Program-made: the position numbers and the translations under genes | Assembly: GCA_046757925.1 (NCBI GenBank) | Contig: JBHHZE010000004.1 | Span: 3,263-67,262 of the forward strand | From: Gemmatimonadales bacterium | Lineage (GTDB): Bacteria; Gemmatimonadota; Gemmatimonadetes; Gemmatimonadales; GWC2-71-9 | Length of the DNA: 64,000 nucleotides | Reading direction: 5' to 3' | Shown here: one piece after another, positions 38,989-50,745 of the stretch | Numbering within the stretch: position 1 is the first letter of the stretch | Layout: each line of letters starts with the position of its first letter | The notes under the pieces: model-generated | Databases searched by the model: none | Told to the model about the DNA's origin: nothing | The model's input: only the letters and a program-made list of their open reading frames with translations

Positions 38989-39126
38989 CGAATGACGAGG
39001 GGGTATAGGCTTTCCGCAATCCAGCGCTAAGACGGGGACTCCGCCACTCGCTACTGAGGCATTGCCACCGATCGACCAATTCGCCAGTCTTTGATGATAG
39101 GGGCCGCATTCCAAGGGGAAGATCCG

Positions 39127-40404
39127 ATGCCAAAGCTTGCGTCAGGCTGTTGTTTGCTCGTGCTCGCCATCGCTGAAACGGCCTGCTCGTCCGCGCGGAC
39201 GGAGTGGGCGGGAACCGTGGTGGATAGCGCAGGAGTCACTGTGGTATCCAATCCCGCCAAGGGGACATGGACAACCGCCAGCGCCTGGAAGATCGAGGAA
39301 GAGACGCGGATAGGCGCCAACGAGGGCGACCCCAACTATCAGTTTGGACAGATCGGGTCCATTGCGATCGATTCCGACGGCCAGTTGTTTGTGCTCGACG
39401 CCCAAGCGCGAAACGTGAGAGTTTTTACCTCGGACGGGCGCTACTTGCGGACCATCGGTGGACCCGGCAACGGGCCGGGAGAACTGGGAGCCGGAGCACT
39501 CTTCGTATTGCTGGGCCCGGGCGACACACTGTTCGTACCGGACCTGCAGAATCGACGCATGAATCGCTACGCGCCCGATGGATCCAGTCAGGGCAGCTTT
39601 CCTCTGGAAATCGAACGCGGCCTGCCGCTGGCTTTTAGAGGCACAGCATCGGGCCTCATCGCCGAACAGATCCGTCCGTTCGGGTTACCCAACCGCCCCA
39701 CCGCCGATTCTATGGATGTGATCGTGGCGCTGCGACCTAACGGTTCAACAGACACTCTGATGCAGTTTCTGTCGGGCAGAACTATCAACCTGGGCAGCGA
39801 TGTGCCCGAGATAAACCTGTATTCGCCCGAAGCAGTGTGGGACATAACGGACGACGAACAACTCCTGTTCGCCGTGAACGACCAGTACAGAATCGGAATC
39901 TACAGCAGGGATGGAGTGCTTGAACGCTTGATCACCAAGCCGTTGCGGAAAAGGAAAGTTGGTGACCGAGATCAACAAGCCGTGATGAATTTCATGGAGA
40001 AGACCTGGAAAGATGCAGGGATTCCACCCCAGGTACTCCCTCGACTTCGAGACATGGTGCATTTTGGCGAATTCTTTCCCGCCTTCGCCGCCGTGGCTGC
40101 CGGGCCCCAACAAACTATCTGGGTACAGCACATCCAGGTTGCCTCGGACCTAGGCGATGAAGAACTCGAGAATTACAACTTGCTGGAACAAACCGGTGGC
40201 GCGGAGTGGGACGTGTTCGACAAAGATGGGAGACTGCTCGGCGTAGTATCCATGCCACCACGCTTCGCCCCACGTCTCTTCCGTAACAACAAGATTTATG
40301 GGGTTTGGCGCGACGAGGTAGACGTACAATACGTCATGCGCGTAGGTGTCTTGCGACCGGACGAAGAAGATGCCGGAACCGGCCCGCAGGGAGAAGCGGA
40401 GTAG
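39127..40404 (+). CDS. Six-bladed beta-propeller (NHL-like) putative lipoprotein
   Basis: Signal peptide ending ETAC; NHL-like repeats (AIDSDGQLFVLD...RVFTSDGRYLRTIGGPGNGPGE). Confidence 0.85.
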   Translation: MPKLASGCCLLVLAIAETACSSARTEWAGTVVDSAGVTVVSNPAKGTWTTASAWKIEEETRIGANEGDPNYQFGQIGSIAIDSDGQLFVLDAQARNVRVFTSDGRYLRTIGGPGNGPGELGAGALFVLLGPGDTLFVPDLQNRRMNRYAPDGSSQGSFPLEIERGLPLAFRGTASGLIAEQIRPFGLPNRPTADSMDVIVALRPNGSTDTLMQFLSGRTINLGSDVPEINLYSPEAVWDITDDEQLLFAVNDQYRIGIYSRDGVLERLITKPLRKRKVGDRDQQAVMNFMEKTWKDAGIPPQVLPRLRDMVHFGEFFPAFAAVAAGPQQTIWVQHIQVASDLGDEELENYNLLEQTGGAEWDVFDKDGRLLGVVSMPPRFAPRLFRNNKIYGVWRDEVDVQYVMRVGVLRPDEEDAGTGPQGEAE

Positions 40405-40444
40405 GGACGGCAACTGATACCAGATTGCCGATCGGCAATTCGGA

Positions 40445-41044
40445 TCACTGGCAGTTGTCATCTCCCCGACGCAAGAGCTCCTCGTAAGCCTCCGGAGTAT
40501 CGATTCGATCCAGCACCGCCGGGTCAGGCACGGGAACCTGTGCCACACGCCGTGCGTCAGCTCGTACCACTGCCCGGGCACCCTGATCACCCGGCGTGCT
40601 CAAGAGTTCAGCGAACACAGCCCGCCCGAATATGACCGGATGTCCCCGGCGACCTTCAAATGTGGGAACTACGATCGGCAGCCCAGTATCTCGAAAGCGC
40701 CCAACCAAACTTTCCACCGTGGCGTGGTCAATGCGTGGTAAGTCCACCGGCCATACCACTATCGCCTCAACCGAATGGTTGATACACCACGCGATCGCCG
40801 TCCGAATCGACCCGATCGGACCGGACTCGGGCTCCCGATTCACCACCACCGTAACTTCAGCTAAGTCATGCTGTGACAAGATCTTGTCAGTCGTGTCACT
40901 AACCGCCACGATGCACTTGAGACCCAGGGCAGCGGTACTGTCCAAGATATTCTGCAAGAACGTCTTGCCGCGGTATTCGAGCAGGGCCTTCGGCCTACCC
41001 ATACGAACTGATGCTCCCGCGGCAAGTATTGTGGCAACAATCAT
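40445..41044 (-). CDS. Nucleotidyltransferase family protein (MocA/MobA-like)
   Basis: ILAAGASVRMGRPKALL, VDLP, GHPVIF, GDQGAR and IDTPE motifs; start MIVAT. Confidence 0.92.
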   Translation of the reverse strand: MIVATILAAGASVRMGRPKALLEYRGKTFLQNILDSTAALGLKCIVAVSDTTDKILSQHDLAEVTVVVNREPESGPIGSIRTAIAWCINHSVEAIVVWPVDLPRIDHATVESLVGRFRDTGLPIVVPTFEGRRGHPVIFGRAVFAELLSTPGDQGARAVVRADARRVAQVPVPDPAVLDRIDTPEAYEELLRRGDDNCQ

Positions 41045-41086
41045 ATCCCTTAAATTGGTCCCCCCTAGATACCAGACGACAAGCAA

Positions 41087-41635
41087 ATGGCCATCCGACC
41101 CATTCGCCTCCTGGGCGATCCAATTCTGCGAGCCGAGTGCGAACCGATCGCGAGTCCGAAATCGGCCGCCGTTCGAATCGTCGCAGATGATCTGCAAGAG
41201 ACGTTGCGCGATCTGAAATGGCGACACGGTATGGGACGCGGGCTCGCTGCGCCACAAATCGGAGCGCCAGTCCGCGTCGTCTACATCGAGATCGAAAACC
41301 CTGTGCTCCTGATCAACCCCGAGATTACCGACGTAGGTACCGACGACTTTCTCGTATGGGACGATTGTTTCTCGATTCCAGATCTCTTGGTACGCGTACA
41401 GCGCGCCTACAGGATCAAAGTTAGCTACCAGGATCTAGCCGGAAAAACCAGGGAAATGAAAGCTTCTGGAGACCTGGCGGAGCTGTTGCAGCATGAGATC
41501 GATCATCTCGAGGGTCTGTTGATGATTGACCGGCCGCGCGGTGTGGACCCATTCTGCCTGCGACAAGAATGGAACAAGCACTACAGCGACGAAGGACGCT
41601 ACAGCGAACCGATCGAACGGGAGTGCTGCGACTGA
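41087..41635 (+). CDS. def: Peptide deformylase (variant motif II)
   Basis: GRGLAAPQIG, LINP, DDCFS (in place of EGCLS) and QHEIDHLEG motifs. Confidence 0.9.
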   Translation: MAIRPIRLLGDPILRAECEPIASPKSAAVRIVADDLQETLRDLKWRHGMGRGLAAPQIGAPVRVVYIEIENPVLLINPEITDVGTDDFLVWDDCFSIPDLLVRVQRAYRIKVSYQDLAGKTREMKASGDLAELLQHEIDHLEGLLMIDRPRGVDPFCLRQEWNKHYSDEGRYSEPIERECCD

Positions 41636-41695
41636 ATCACCAACTCGGCCATCCATGGCATCCCGCCGACCACTATCCTAGATTTGAAACATCGA

Positions 41696-43142
<1,447 letters not shown>

Positions 43143-43355
43143 CCGCACGAGTGACGAGCCAAGACATTAAGTACACTGTGGCTACAGTGCCAATATGTCT
43201 CGGCGTGGGTATGGTAGTTAACACCAATATTTACAATGAGTTAGCAGTTTTCCACGCTGCGCCGGCTCCCATGTAGACAAACACATCAAGTGGCACCCGC
43301 CGGGGCTTACTGACTTTTGATTCGGGCCGTGCTGTGCGATGTTTCAGAAGCTATC

Positions 43356-44513
43356 GTGACACAGCAATCCGACCGGGCCTCGCCCCAGCTCATAGTTGAT
43401 CCGGAATCCCTCTCTGCCTTCGTCGAGCGAGTCGGGCACAAGCCGCGGTGTGCCCTCGACACGGAGGCCGCATCGTTTCACCGCTACGTCGACCGGGTCT
43501 ATCTCATTCAGGTCAGTACCGACGAAGAGACGGCGATCATCGACCCTCTCGCAATCCGCGACCTGGCACCTTTGGGCACGTTACTCGAGGAGCCGGCCAT
43601 CGAAGTGATCCTGCACGACGCCGATTACGACCTCCGCACGCTCAACCGGGACTACGGTTTCCGCGCCCACAATCTGTTTGACACCAGGGTTGCGGCGCAG
43701 CTTGCTGGAGAGCCCTCCGTCGGTCTGGGGTCGTTGCTCGAGAAGTACTTCGCAGTCAAGGTCAACAAGAGGTTCCAGCGCGCGGACTGGTCCCGACGGC
43801 CCCTCACTGCCGAGATGATTACGTACGCTGCCAACGACACACGCTTTCTCTTGGGCCTCCGCGACGAATTGGAGCAGCGGTTGGAACAGTGCGGGCGGAT
43901 CGAATGGGCAAGGGAAGAATTTCGCCAACTCGAAAAACTGCGCTGGACCCAACCGGCCCGCGACGGCGATGGTTACTTGCGAATCAAGGGAGCCAAATCC
44001 TTGCCGCCCCGAACATTGGCCGTCCTCAGGCAGCTCTACAGTTGGCGAGACTCGAAGGCCGCAGCGCTCGACAGGGCGCCCTTCCGGGTCCTCGGGAACG
44101 CCCATCTCCTGTCCGTGGCACAGGCAGCACCCCGAAACATGAAGCGACTGACCGCGGTAGCGGCGCTCCCTGAATCAGCCGTGCGACGGTTCGGGAAAGA
44201 GCTACTGGATGCAGTGAGCAACGGCCTGGGCGTACCCAAGGACCAGCTTCCCACCATCAAGCGACCCGCAAGAGCTGAACACAATCCGGCTTACGACCGC
44301 AGCCTCGAACGACTCAAGCTATTGCGCAACCGGCGCGCTAAAGAACTGGATATGCAGCCCGGACTGCTGTGCCCCAACGGGACGCTCCAAGCCGTGGCCC
44401 GCGCGGCTCCGTCGAATCGCAAGGGGCTTGGAAGAGTGAGGGAGATCCGTGCCTGGCAGGCTCGGGCCCTGGGTGAGACAGATATTTTGGCGGCGGTTCG
44501 GGGGAAGACGTAG
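43356..44513 (+). CDS. rnd: Ribonuclease D (DEDDy exonuclease plus HRDC); start uncertain (43317-43356)
   Basis: ALDTE, LIQV, HDADYD, FDT, DWSRRPL and YAAND motifs; HRDC WRDSKAAALDRAPFRVL. Confidence 0.9.
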   Translation: MTQQSDRASPQLIVDPESLSAFVERVGHKPRCALDTEAASFHRYVDRVYLIQVSTDEETAIIDPLAIRDLAPLGTLLEEPAIEVILHDADYDLRTLNRDYGFRAHNLFDTRVAAQLAGEPSVGLGSLLEKYFAVKVNKRFQRADWSRRPLTAEMITYAANDTRFLLGLRDELEQRLEQCGRIEWAREEFRQLEKLRWTQPARDGDGYLRIKGAKSLPPRTLAVLRQLYSWRDSKAAALDRAPFRVLGNAHLLSVAQAAPRNMKRLTAVAALPESAVRRFGKELLDAVSNGLGVPKDQLPTIKRPARAEHNPAYDRSLERLKLLRNRRAKELDMQPGLLCPNGTLQAVARAAPSNRKGLGRVREIRAWQARALGETDILAAVRGKT

Positions 44514-44834
44514 CTAGAATCCGAGAAACGACCGTACCTTGGGATCGATGCGTTCCGGAGTCCAGAAGGGCTCCCACACCAGCTCGATTTCGACACTTGC
44601 TACGCCATCAAGCGCCCCGATCGCACTCCGCGATTCATCTATAATCTGACCTCCTGCGGGGCATCCCGGCGATGTGAGTGTCATCTCCACACGCACATCC
44701 CCGCCACTCACTTCAATGTCGTATACCAGGCCGAGCTCAACGATACTGAGCCCGATCTCGGGATCCTTTACTTGCCGCAGTACTCTACGGACAGCCTCGA
44801 CGTCGACTGACTTGGTTTCTTCCAGAGGTTCCAC
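44514..44834 (-). CDS. Metal-sulfur cluster assembly factor (DUF59/SufT/PaaD-like)
   Basis: DPEIGLSIVELGLVY, MTLTSPGCP and LVWEPFWTPE motifs. Confidence 0.93.
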   Translation of the reverse strand: MEPLEETKSVDVEAVRRVLRQVKDPEIGLSIVELGLVYDIEVSGGDVRVEMTLTSPGCPAGGQIIDESRSAIGALDGVASVEIELVWEPFWTPERIDPKVRSFLGF

Positions 44835-44908
44835 CTACTCAAGATAAGTCACCTCACCCCCCACGCGCCACAAACTATCTGACATCGGCCTTGAGGATGC
44901 CATCGGAC

Positions 44909-46033
44909 TCAGCGAGTGCACTTGCGGCCACAGACCTTACTCTTGAGCCTCACCGCTGCGTCTGCCACGCGGGCCCGAGTCTCCTTCAAAACGGTAATCG
45001 AGCGACGCGAGCGCGGTGCGAAAACACGATTGGTCAAAAGTATGACGAATAGGTCGCGCACAGGATCGATCCATATGGAGGTTCCGGTATAGCCGGTGTG
45101 CCCGAAAGCACTGGACGAGAGGAGATCGCCGGTGTTCGCTCGGCTAGTCGTGTCGCGCAGTTCCCAACCGAGACCGCGATTCCGGAGACCGCGGGCCGTG
45201 AACTGAGTAATAGTCTCGTTCCTGAGAAACACGTTCTGCCGCTCATCGCGTCCTCTTCTCAAGTACATCTGGGCATAGCGAGCCAAGTCTTTGCCGGTGC
45301 TATATAGTCCCGCGTGCCCCGAGACCCCGCCGAGGCGCACCGCGTTCTGATCGTGCAGCGCACCGGCTATTACGTGACCATGCCAGAGCCCTACCGGTGC
45401 GATGCGGCCACGAAGAGAACGCGCAGGGTTGAACACGGTCTGGCTCATGCGCAATGGCCGAAACACTTCAGACTTGGCGAACTCATTCAGAGGCATGCCA
45501 GCCACGCGCTCCACAACCCAGCCGAGGAGCATCGCGTTCAGATCACTGTACGCCACATGCGACCCGGGTTTCCACCTCAATGGTTCAACCATCACCAGGC
45601 TGCGAGCTTCCGTCCCACTGTTTGCGAGCTTGTTGAGGGGCAAGAAAGGTCTCAAGCCCGAACGATGCTGCAAGAGGTGCCGGACAGTCACCAACTCTTT
45701 ACTCTTGCCCACGAAGTCGGGTAAGTACTCTTGGACTCGCGCGTCGAGAGCCAGCTTCCCGGATTCCACGAGCCTCATGACCGATGGCGTGGTAGCCACC
45801 ACCTTGGTCAGCGAGGCCAGGTCGTACAGTGTGCCGTCCCATGTTGGGGTCTTGCTCTCAGCTGACCACGTGAAATGGCCGTAACCCTTAGCCAGCAGTA
45901 TGCGATCGCTTGTGCCCAGCACTACAACTGCACCGGGAAACGATCCCTCCTTGATGCCCCAAGCGACAGCGGTGTCAACACTTTGCGCCTGTAGGGTTGG
46001 TATCATCAGGGCCAGCGAGGCGACGAGGAGCAT
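44909..46033 (-). CDS. Serine hydrolase, beta-lactamase class C/AmpC-like, secreted
   Basis: ASLTK (SxxK), LLQHRSG, YSDLN, GHAGL and GHTGYTG motifs; signal peptide. Confidence 0.92.
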   Translation of the reverse strand: MLLVASLALMIPTLQAQSVDTAVAWGIKEGSFPGAVVVLGTSDRILLAKGYGHFTWSAESKTPTWDGTLYDLASLTKVVATTPSVMRLVESGKLALDARVQEYLPDFVGKSKELVTVRHLLQHRSGLRPFLPLNKLANSGTEARSLVMVEPLRWKPGSHVAYSDLNAMLLGWVVERVAGMPLNEFAKSEVFRPLRMSQTVFNPARSLRGRIAPVGLWHGHVIAGALHDQNAVRLGGVSGHAGLYSTGKDLARYAQMYLRRGRDERQNVFLRNETITQFTARGLRNRGLGWELRDTTSRANTGDLLSSSAFGHTGYTGTSIWIDPVRDLFVILLTNRVFAPRSRRSITVLKETRARVADAAVRLKSKVCGRKCTR

Positions 46034-46095
46034 GGCGATTCCCGTAGGGTTGTTCTAGGATACAGCTAACACACAACAATAAAGTAGGGGACCGG

Positions 46096-47574
46096 ATGGA
46101 GCGACATTTGAATATCGTTGCAGCACTCCTGTGCCTGGGCATACATGCCGGGGATCTGGCCGGCCAATCTCCCATCGACACCCTCGCACTTCGGGCCCAC
46201 ACCTATTTCCTGTCCCACGATTTGCTAGAGGGGCGCGCCACCGGTAGCGCCGGAGCACACACGGCCGCGCTGTACATCGTAAGCCAATGCAGGGCTTTGG
46301 GTCTACAGCCGGTTGCAGGCCGGTATCTTCACACTTTCCCTCTGGAGGAGGCCTCAGTCGTACCTTCTACTCGGCTCACCGTAACCCACGGAGCCAGCCA
46401 AGCGGCTTTTCAGTATTCCCGAGACTTCACACCGGACATGGGGACTGTGAGCACGCTGATCGGCTTTCGCGGATCCACAATCTATGTCGGAGGACTCAGA
46501 GATGTCGCCGCGGGATCGTTGAGGAACGTGGATGTCACGGGAGCTGTGGCAGTAGCCTTAGGGGCCGCGAACAATCTCGCCGCTATCGATACCTTGAAGG
46601 CACGCGGAGCGGTGGGCATTCTGCATCTCGTGCCCGATCAAAGAACGTACAGACTCTACCGGAGCAGTCGCGGCAACACCAGGCTGCATCATGCCGATTC
46701 CACGGTGGAGTCGTCTTTTCTTCCCAAACTACCTTCGGTCATTGCAGGCCCCAACCTGTCCTACGATCTGGTTGCTGCTACTCCCCTGGCACGAGGTGAA
46801 GCGATGTCGCCGGGTCCGCTGGGACTCGACGTCGAGTACGAACTCGAACTCCACCGCCGGTCCTTTGAGGCCGGTAACGTGACTTGTCTCCTTCCCGGAA
46901 GCTCGAATGTGGCAGCCGACACAGCTATAGCCTACAGCGCACATTACGATCACCTGGGCATAGGAATTCCGGACGAACATGGGGATTCGATCTACAACGG
47001 GTTTTCCGACAATGCCGCCGGCGTGGCAATGCTTCTTGCGATCGCGAAAGCCATGGTGAGTGACACGGCGCACCCGATGCGACACTCGGCTCTATTTCTC
47101 TTCTTTACGGGAGAGGAACGTGGCCTATTGGGGTCAGATTACTACGCTTCACACCCGGCGTGGGCCCTCGCGAAGACCCGCGCCGTAATCAACCTCGACG
47201 CCGGTGCGCCGGCGGGCATACCCACGTCGTGGCGATTGGCCGGCGTCGATACTGCCGGGATTGGTACGGTGGCGCTCCAGATCGGTTCCGAGCGCGGTTG
47301 GCAAATCACAACTTCCCCCGCACGGGCAAACTCCGACTACTACCCTTTCGTTCGGGAGGGTGTCGAGGCGCTCTTCTTAGTACCCGGCCCGGGGCATTAC
47401 GAGGGGCTTTCGACAGACAGTTCAAATGCCCTTCGGAAGCGATGGGACTCATACCATCGGCCTGGCGATGAATGGCATGGCGACTTCCCATTTCTGGGCT
47501 TGGAGCGCTACGCCGAATACGCCTACCTAATAGGACGAGCTATCGACGATCGCGTGGCGCCGCAACGGCCCTAG
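46096..47574 (+). CDS. M28 family metallopeptidase with PA-like insert, secreted
   Basis: LEGRATG, AHYDHLG, DNAAG, GEERGLLGS, NLD and YHRPGD motifs. Confidence 0.92.
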   Translation: MERHLNIVAALLCLGIHAGDLAGQSPIDTLALRAHTYFLSHDLLEGRATGSAGAHTAALYIVSQCRALGLQPVAGRYLHTFPLEEASVVPSTRLTVTHGASQAAFQYSRDFTPDMGTVSTLIGFRGSTIYVGGLRDVAAGSLRNVDVTGAVAVALGAANNLAAIDTLKARGAVGILHLVPDQRTYRLYRSSRGNTRLHHADSTVESSFLPKLPSVIAGPNLSYDLVAATPLARGEAMSPGPLGLDVEYELELHRRSFEAGNVTCLLPGSSNVAADTAIAYSAHYDHLGIGIPDEHGDSIYNGFSDNAAGVAMLLAIAKAMVSDTAHPMRHSALFLFFTGEERGLLGSDYYASHPAWALAKTRAVINLDAGAPAGIPTSWRLAGVDTAGIGTVALQIGSERGWQITTSPARANSDYYPFVREGVEALFLVPGPGHYEGLSTDSSNALRKRWDSYHRPGDEWHGDFPFLGLERYAEYAYLIGRAIDDRVAPQRP

Positions 47575-47592
47575 AGTCGAACGCCGCGATCT

Positions 47593-48336
47593 TCATGGAT
47601 CCCGGACCACTCCCGGCGGAAGTGAATACAGGAGGCGGGCCGAACGCCGATCACGGGGCGTGAGATCGTGAACTGAGGTTGACGGATACATGAGGTCGTC
47701 GGGATCGTCCGAGTGGCCCACGCCCAACATGTGGCCGATTTCGTGGAGAGCCACCGTGTAGACGACATCCGAGGCGAGGGCTCGCCCACTCCGCGAGTGG
47801 GTTGCAAGGGTAATCGTACCACGAACAAGCCACCCACGCTGGTCCCAAACTACGTCTGTTTGGCCGCTGCGGCGCATGGGAAATGCGCGAATCCACTTGA
47901 CCTCGACTTCGGCGGCTACCGAGTCTCTGACGAAGACAAAGTGCACTGGGATCGCACCGACCCGTTCCCATCGGTTGAAGGCGTTTCGGACTGACTGCAG
48001 TAAGTCCGGCAATATGGGAGGCGTTATATGCACGCTCAGAGGACGGGCGGTGCGATCACGCCAACGCTTGAGGATAGAATCACCTTCCAGCAAAGCGAAC
48101 CCCAAATACGTATCGGAATCACGTACGATATGCCGAATGCGGGACCTGGCAGCACGCATGCTGTCCACGTCAGGCGACTCGACAGCCACGCCTTGGCTCG
48201 AAGGCGGGACTGGCGTACCGCCGTTCCTTTGCCGCGGCTGGTACCGCCCGAGCCGAAATGCCGCGAAAGCGGCGGCAAGAGCGAGTGCGATCAACACAAC
48301 ACGTCTCACAGATTCAATATGGCCACTGACCCTCAT
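47593..48336 (-). CDS. Matrixin family (M10) metalloprotease with N-terminal membrane anchor
   Basis: HEIGHMLGVGHS zinc motif and Met-turn DLMYP. Confidence 0.9.
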   Translation of the reverse strand: MRVSGHIESVRRVVLIALALAAAFAAFRLGRYQPRQRNGGTPVPPSSQGVAVESPDVDSMRAARSRIRHIVRDSDTYLGFALLEGDSILKRWRDRTARPLSVHITPPILPDLLQSVRNAFNRWERVGAIPVHFVFVRDSVAAEVEVKWIRAFPMRRSGQTDVVWDQRGWLVRGTITLATHSRSGRALASDVVYTVALHEIGHMLGVGHSDDPDDLMYPSTSVHDLTPRDRRSARLLYSLPPGVVRDP

Positions 48337-48477
48337 ATCCCGCCACCAAGACCACCTCCTGGCATCAACCGCCCACCCTGTCTATCATTTAACCCCTTGT
48401 CACACATGTCATTCACGATCCAAGAAGATATTGAAGGCTTTACAGAACTGGCGTATACGTAGACTGCGGGAGGCGGC

Positions 48478-50745
48478 GTGATTGCACTACCGGCCCGCGG
48501 CATCCTCAAGTTCCGAGTACCCATTATCGTCTTTTGGGCGCTTGTAGCAGCCGTCGCCGGGCCGACTGCATCGCGCGTGCATGAGGTTCTCCAGGTTCAG
48601 GGAGAGCCCGTCGTCAAGTCAGAGTCTGCAATGGCGGGCAGGCTCATCCGCGACGCTTTCCCACAACCGATCTCTAAGTTCCTGGTGGTAACCCTGAGCG
48701 GCTCCGCACCGATCGATTCGGCCCCGATGCAGAAGGTGCTGACCTCCTTGGTAGAAACTGCCGAGTCTCAACCGTTTATCACGCGCGTGGTGTCCCACCT
48801 GAACTCACCCGACTCCAGTCTCGTGAGCCGAGATGGCAAGACTACCTTCTTCCTCTGCGTGGTTGATGTGGGAGAGGACAATTCCGCAACGGACCGCGTG
48901 CTCGATTTTAGGCGCGCGATCCACCGTGCTGCCTCCCGCTCCGATTGGGCTGACCACTTTCGAGTGTATGTGACCGGGGAGCCCGCCCTCGATTTCGATG
49001 TACGAACAGCGAGCAGAGAAGATACAGCTTCGAGCGAAAGGAAATCCCTGCCGGTTTCTGCAGCCATCTTGGTGGTGGCGTTTGGTGCGCTGGTTGCTGC
49101 AGTCCTCCCACTCCTGATTGGAGTTTTCGCCATCACTTGCGCACTGGCACTAGTGTTTGTGGCCGCCGCGTTCCATCCGATGTCGGTCTTCGTGCTGACA
49201 ATAATCTCAATGGTTGGCCTGGCCGTGGGAATCGACTATTCCCTGCTCGTGGTGACGCGGTTCCGCGAAGAAATGAACCGGGGCCGGAGTCCGAGAGATG
49301 CGGCTGAGCGCACCATTGCCACTGCGGGGCGTGCGGTCGTAACAAGCGGTCTGACCGTGGCCCTCGGCTTCGCCTCGCTCTTGGTCACGCCCATATCGGA
49401 GACACGCTCCGTCGGAATCGGCGGACTGTTGGTTGTCACCGTGGCCGTCCTCTTGTCGGTCACGCTGCTGCCGGCCGCCCTTTCATTCCTTGGACGTGTC
49501 ATTGACAAGCCCAAGTGGCTGGCGCGGCGGCTTGCCTGGTATCACGCGCCCGCCGCGTGGGAGCGGTGGGCACGATGGTTGGGACAGCATCCTTGGCGAG
49601 CAATCGTCATTGCCGGCACGCTGATCGCTCTCATCACCTGGCCGCTGACGAAAATCAAGTTCGGCCTGCCGCGATCCCATTGGTTCCCAGCCAATACCGA
49701 GTCGGCGGACGGAGTCGATGTGCTGCAGCGCATGGGCGCAAGCGGTGCCATACAACCCATTCGAATAGTCCTTCGGGCTCCTGACGGGCAAAAAATCGTG
49801 GGGGCACGATACATCAGGGGGATCAAGCGGTTATCGGACACTGTTCGGGCGGACGCTCGGGTGGCTCAGGTGCGCAGCGTGGTGGATGTGGTGCCAAAGA
49901 TGTCGGCCTTTCGATATACGATGCTGTACAGCAACGTGCAGAAGGCTCGTGAGCGGGCGCCCGATTTCTACGGTGCCTATCTCTCTGACGACAACGCTAC
50001 CACGCTCATGGACGTCCTGCTGTCAGATACCACGACGTTGACCACTTCGATGGACGTCGTTCGGGATATCCGTTCGGTGGTTCGAGCAAACGTAAAGGGA
50101 CTCGACTCCGTTGAAGTCGGGGTCGGAGGATTTGCCGCTTCGAGCGTCGACCTGCAGGACGATCTGCTGCGACAATTCCCACTCGTGATCGCCCTGGTGC
50201 TGATTACGACCGCCGTTATGCTGTTCATCGCATTCGGATCGATTCTGGTTCCCCTCAAGGCTGTTGTAATGAACCTTCTTTCGGTGGCCGGAGCTTTTGG
50301 GCTGACAGTGCTGGTATTCCAGGAAGGCGTTGGCGCCGAATTCTTCGGGATGGACGGACCCACGCAGGCTGTTTACGCGGTCATTCCCGTATTGGTATTC
50401 GCCATAGTGTTTGGGCTCAGCATGGACTACGAAGTGTTTCTGTTGGCCCGAATCAAGGAGGCCTTCGACCGCTGCGGTCGGAACGATCAGGCTACCATGG
50501 AAGGCCTGGCCGCAACAGCGTCCGTCATCACCAGCGCTGCCGCCATCATGATAATAGTGTTTGGCGTATTCAGCTTTGCACGTGTCTTGGGGGCGCAGCT
50601 CCTGGGATTCGGCTTGGCCGTAGCAGTGTTCCTGGATGCCACACTGGTTCGCATGGTGCTTGTGCCTGCGATCATGCACATAGCGGGCGATTGGAACTGG
50701 TGGCCCGGGGTACGGAGGGTTCCCGCTGGGGACAAGCGGCCCTGA
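48478..50745 (+). CDS. MMPL family (RND superfamily) transporter
   Basis: GLAVGIDYSL...RFREE, GRAVVTSG, FGLSMDYEVFL, LDATLVRMVLVPA and WNWWP motifs. Confidence 0.95.
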   Translation: MIALPARGILKFRVPIIVFWALVAAVAGPTASRVHEVLQVQGEPVVKSESAMAGRLIRDAFPQPISKFLVVTLSGSAPIDSAPMQKVLTSLVETAESQPFITRVVSHLNSPDSSLVSRDGKTTFFLCVVDVGEDNSATDRVLDFRRAIHRAASRSDWADHFRVYVTGEPALDFDVRTASREDTASSERKSLPVSAAILVVAFGALVAAVLPLLIGVFAITCALALVFVAAAFHPMSVFVLTIISMVGLAVGIDYSLLVVTRFREEMNRGRSPRDAAERTIATAGRAVVTSGLTVALGFASLLVTPISETRSVGIGGLLVVTVAVLLSVTLLPAALSFLGRVIDKPKWLARRLAWYHAPAAWERWARWLGQHPWRAIVIAGTLIALITWPLTKIKFGLPRSHWFPANTESADGVDVLQRMGASGAIQPIRIVLRAPDGQKIVGARYIRGIKRLSDTVRADARVAQVRSVVDVVPKMSAFRYTMLYSNVQKARERAPDFYGAYLSDDNATTLMDVLLSDTTTLTTSMDVVRDIRSVVRANVKGLDSVEVGVGGFAASSVDLQDDLLRQFPLVIALVLITTAVMLFIAFGSILVPLKAVVMNLLSVAGAFGLTVLVFQEGVGAEFFGMDGPTQAVYAVIPVLVFAIVFGLSMDYEVFLLARIKEAFDRCGRNDQATMEGLAATASVITSAAAIMIIVFGVFSFARVLGAQLLGFGLAVAVFLDATLVRMVLVPAIMHIAGDWNWWPGVRRVPAGDKRP

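Noticed and set aside
36049-41257. Over-long ORF-track starts for sufC (37053) and the MocA-like gene (41257); likewise rsgA (12247), proline dehydrogenase (13424), Rieske (33013) and kinase (57575)
   Set aside because: The extensions overlap neighbouring genes or promoters and lie before the conserved N termini.
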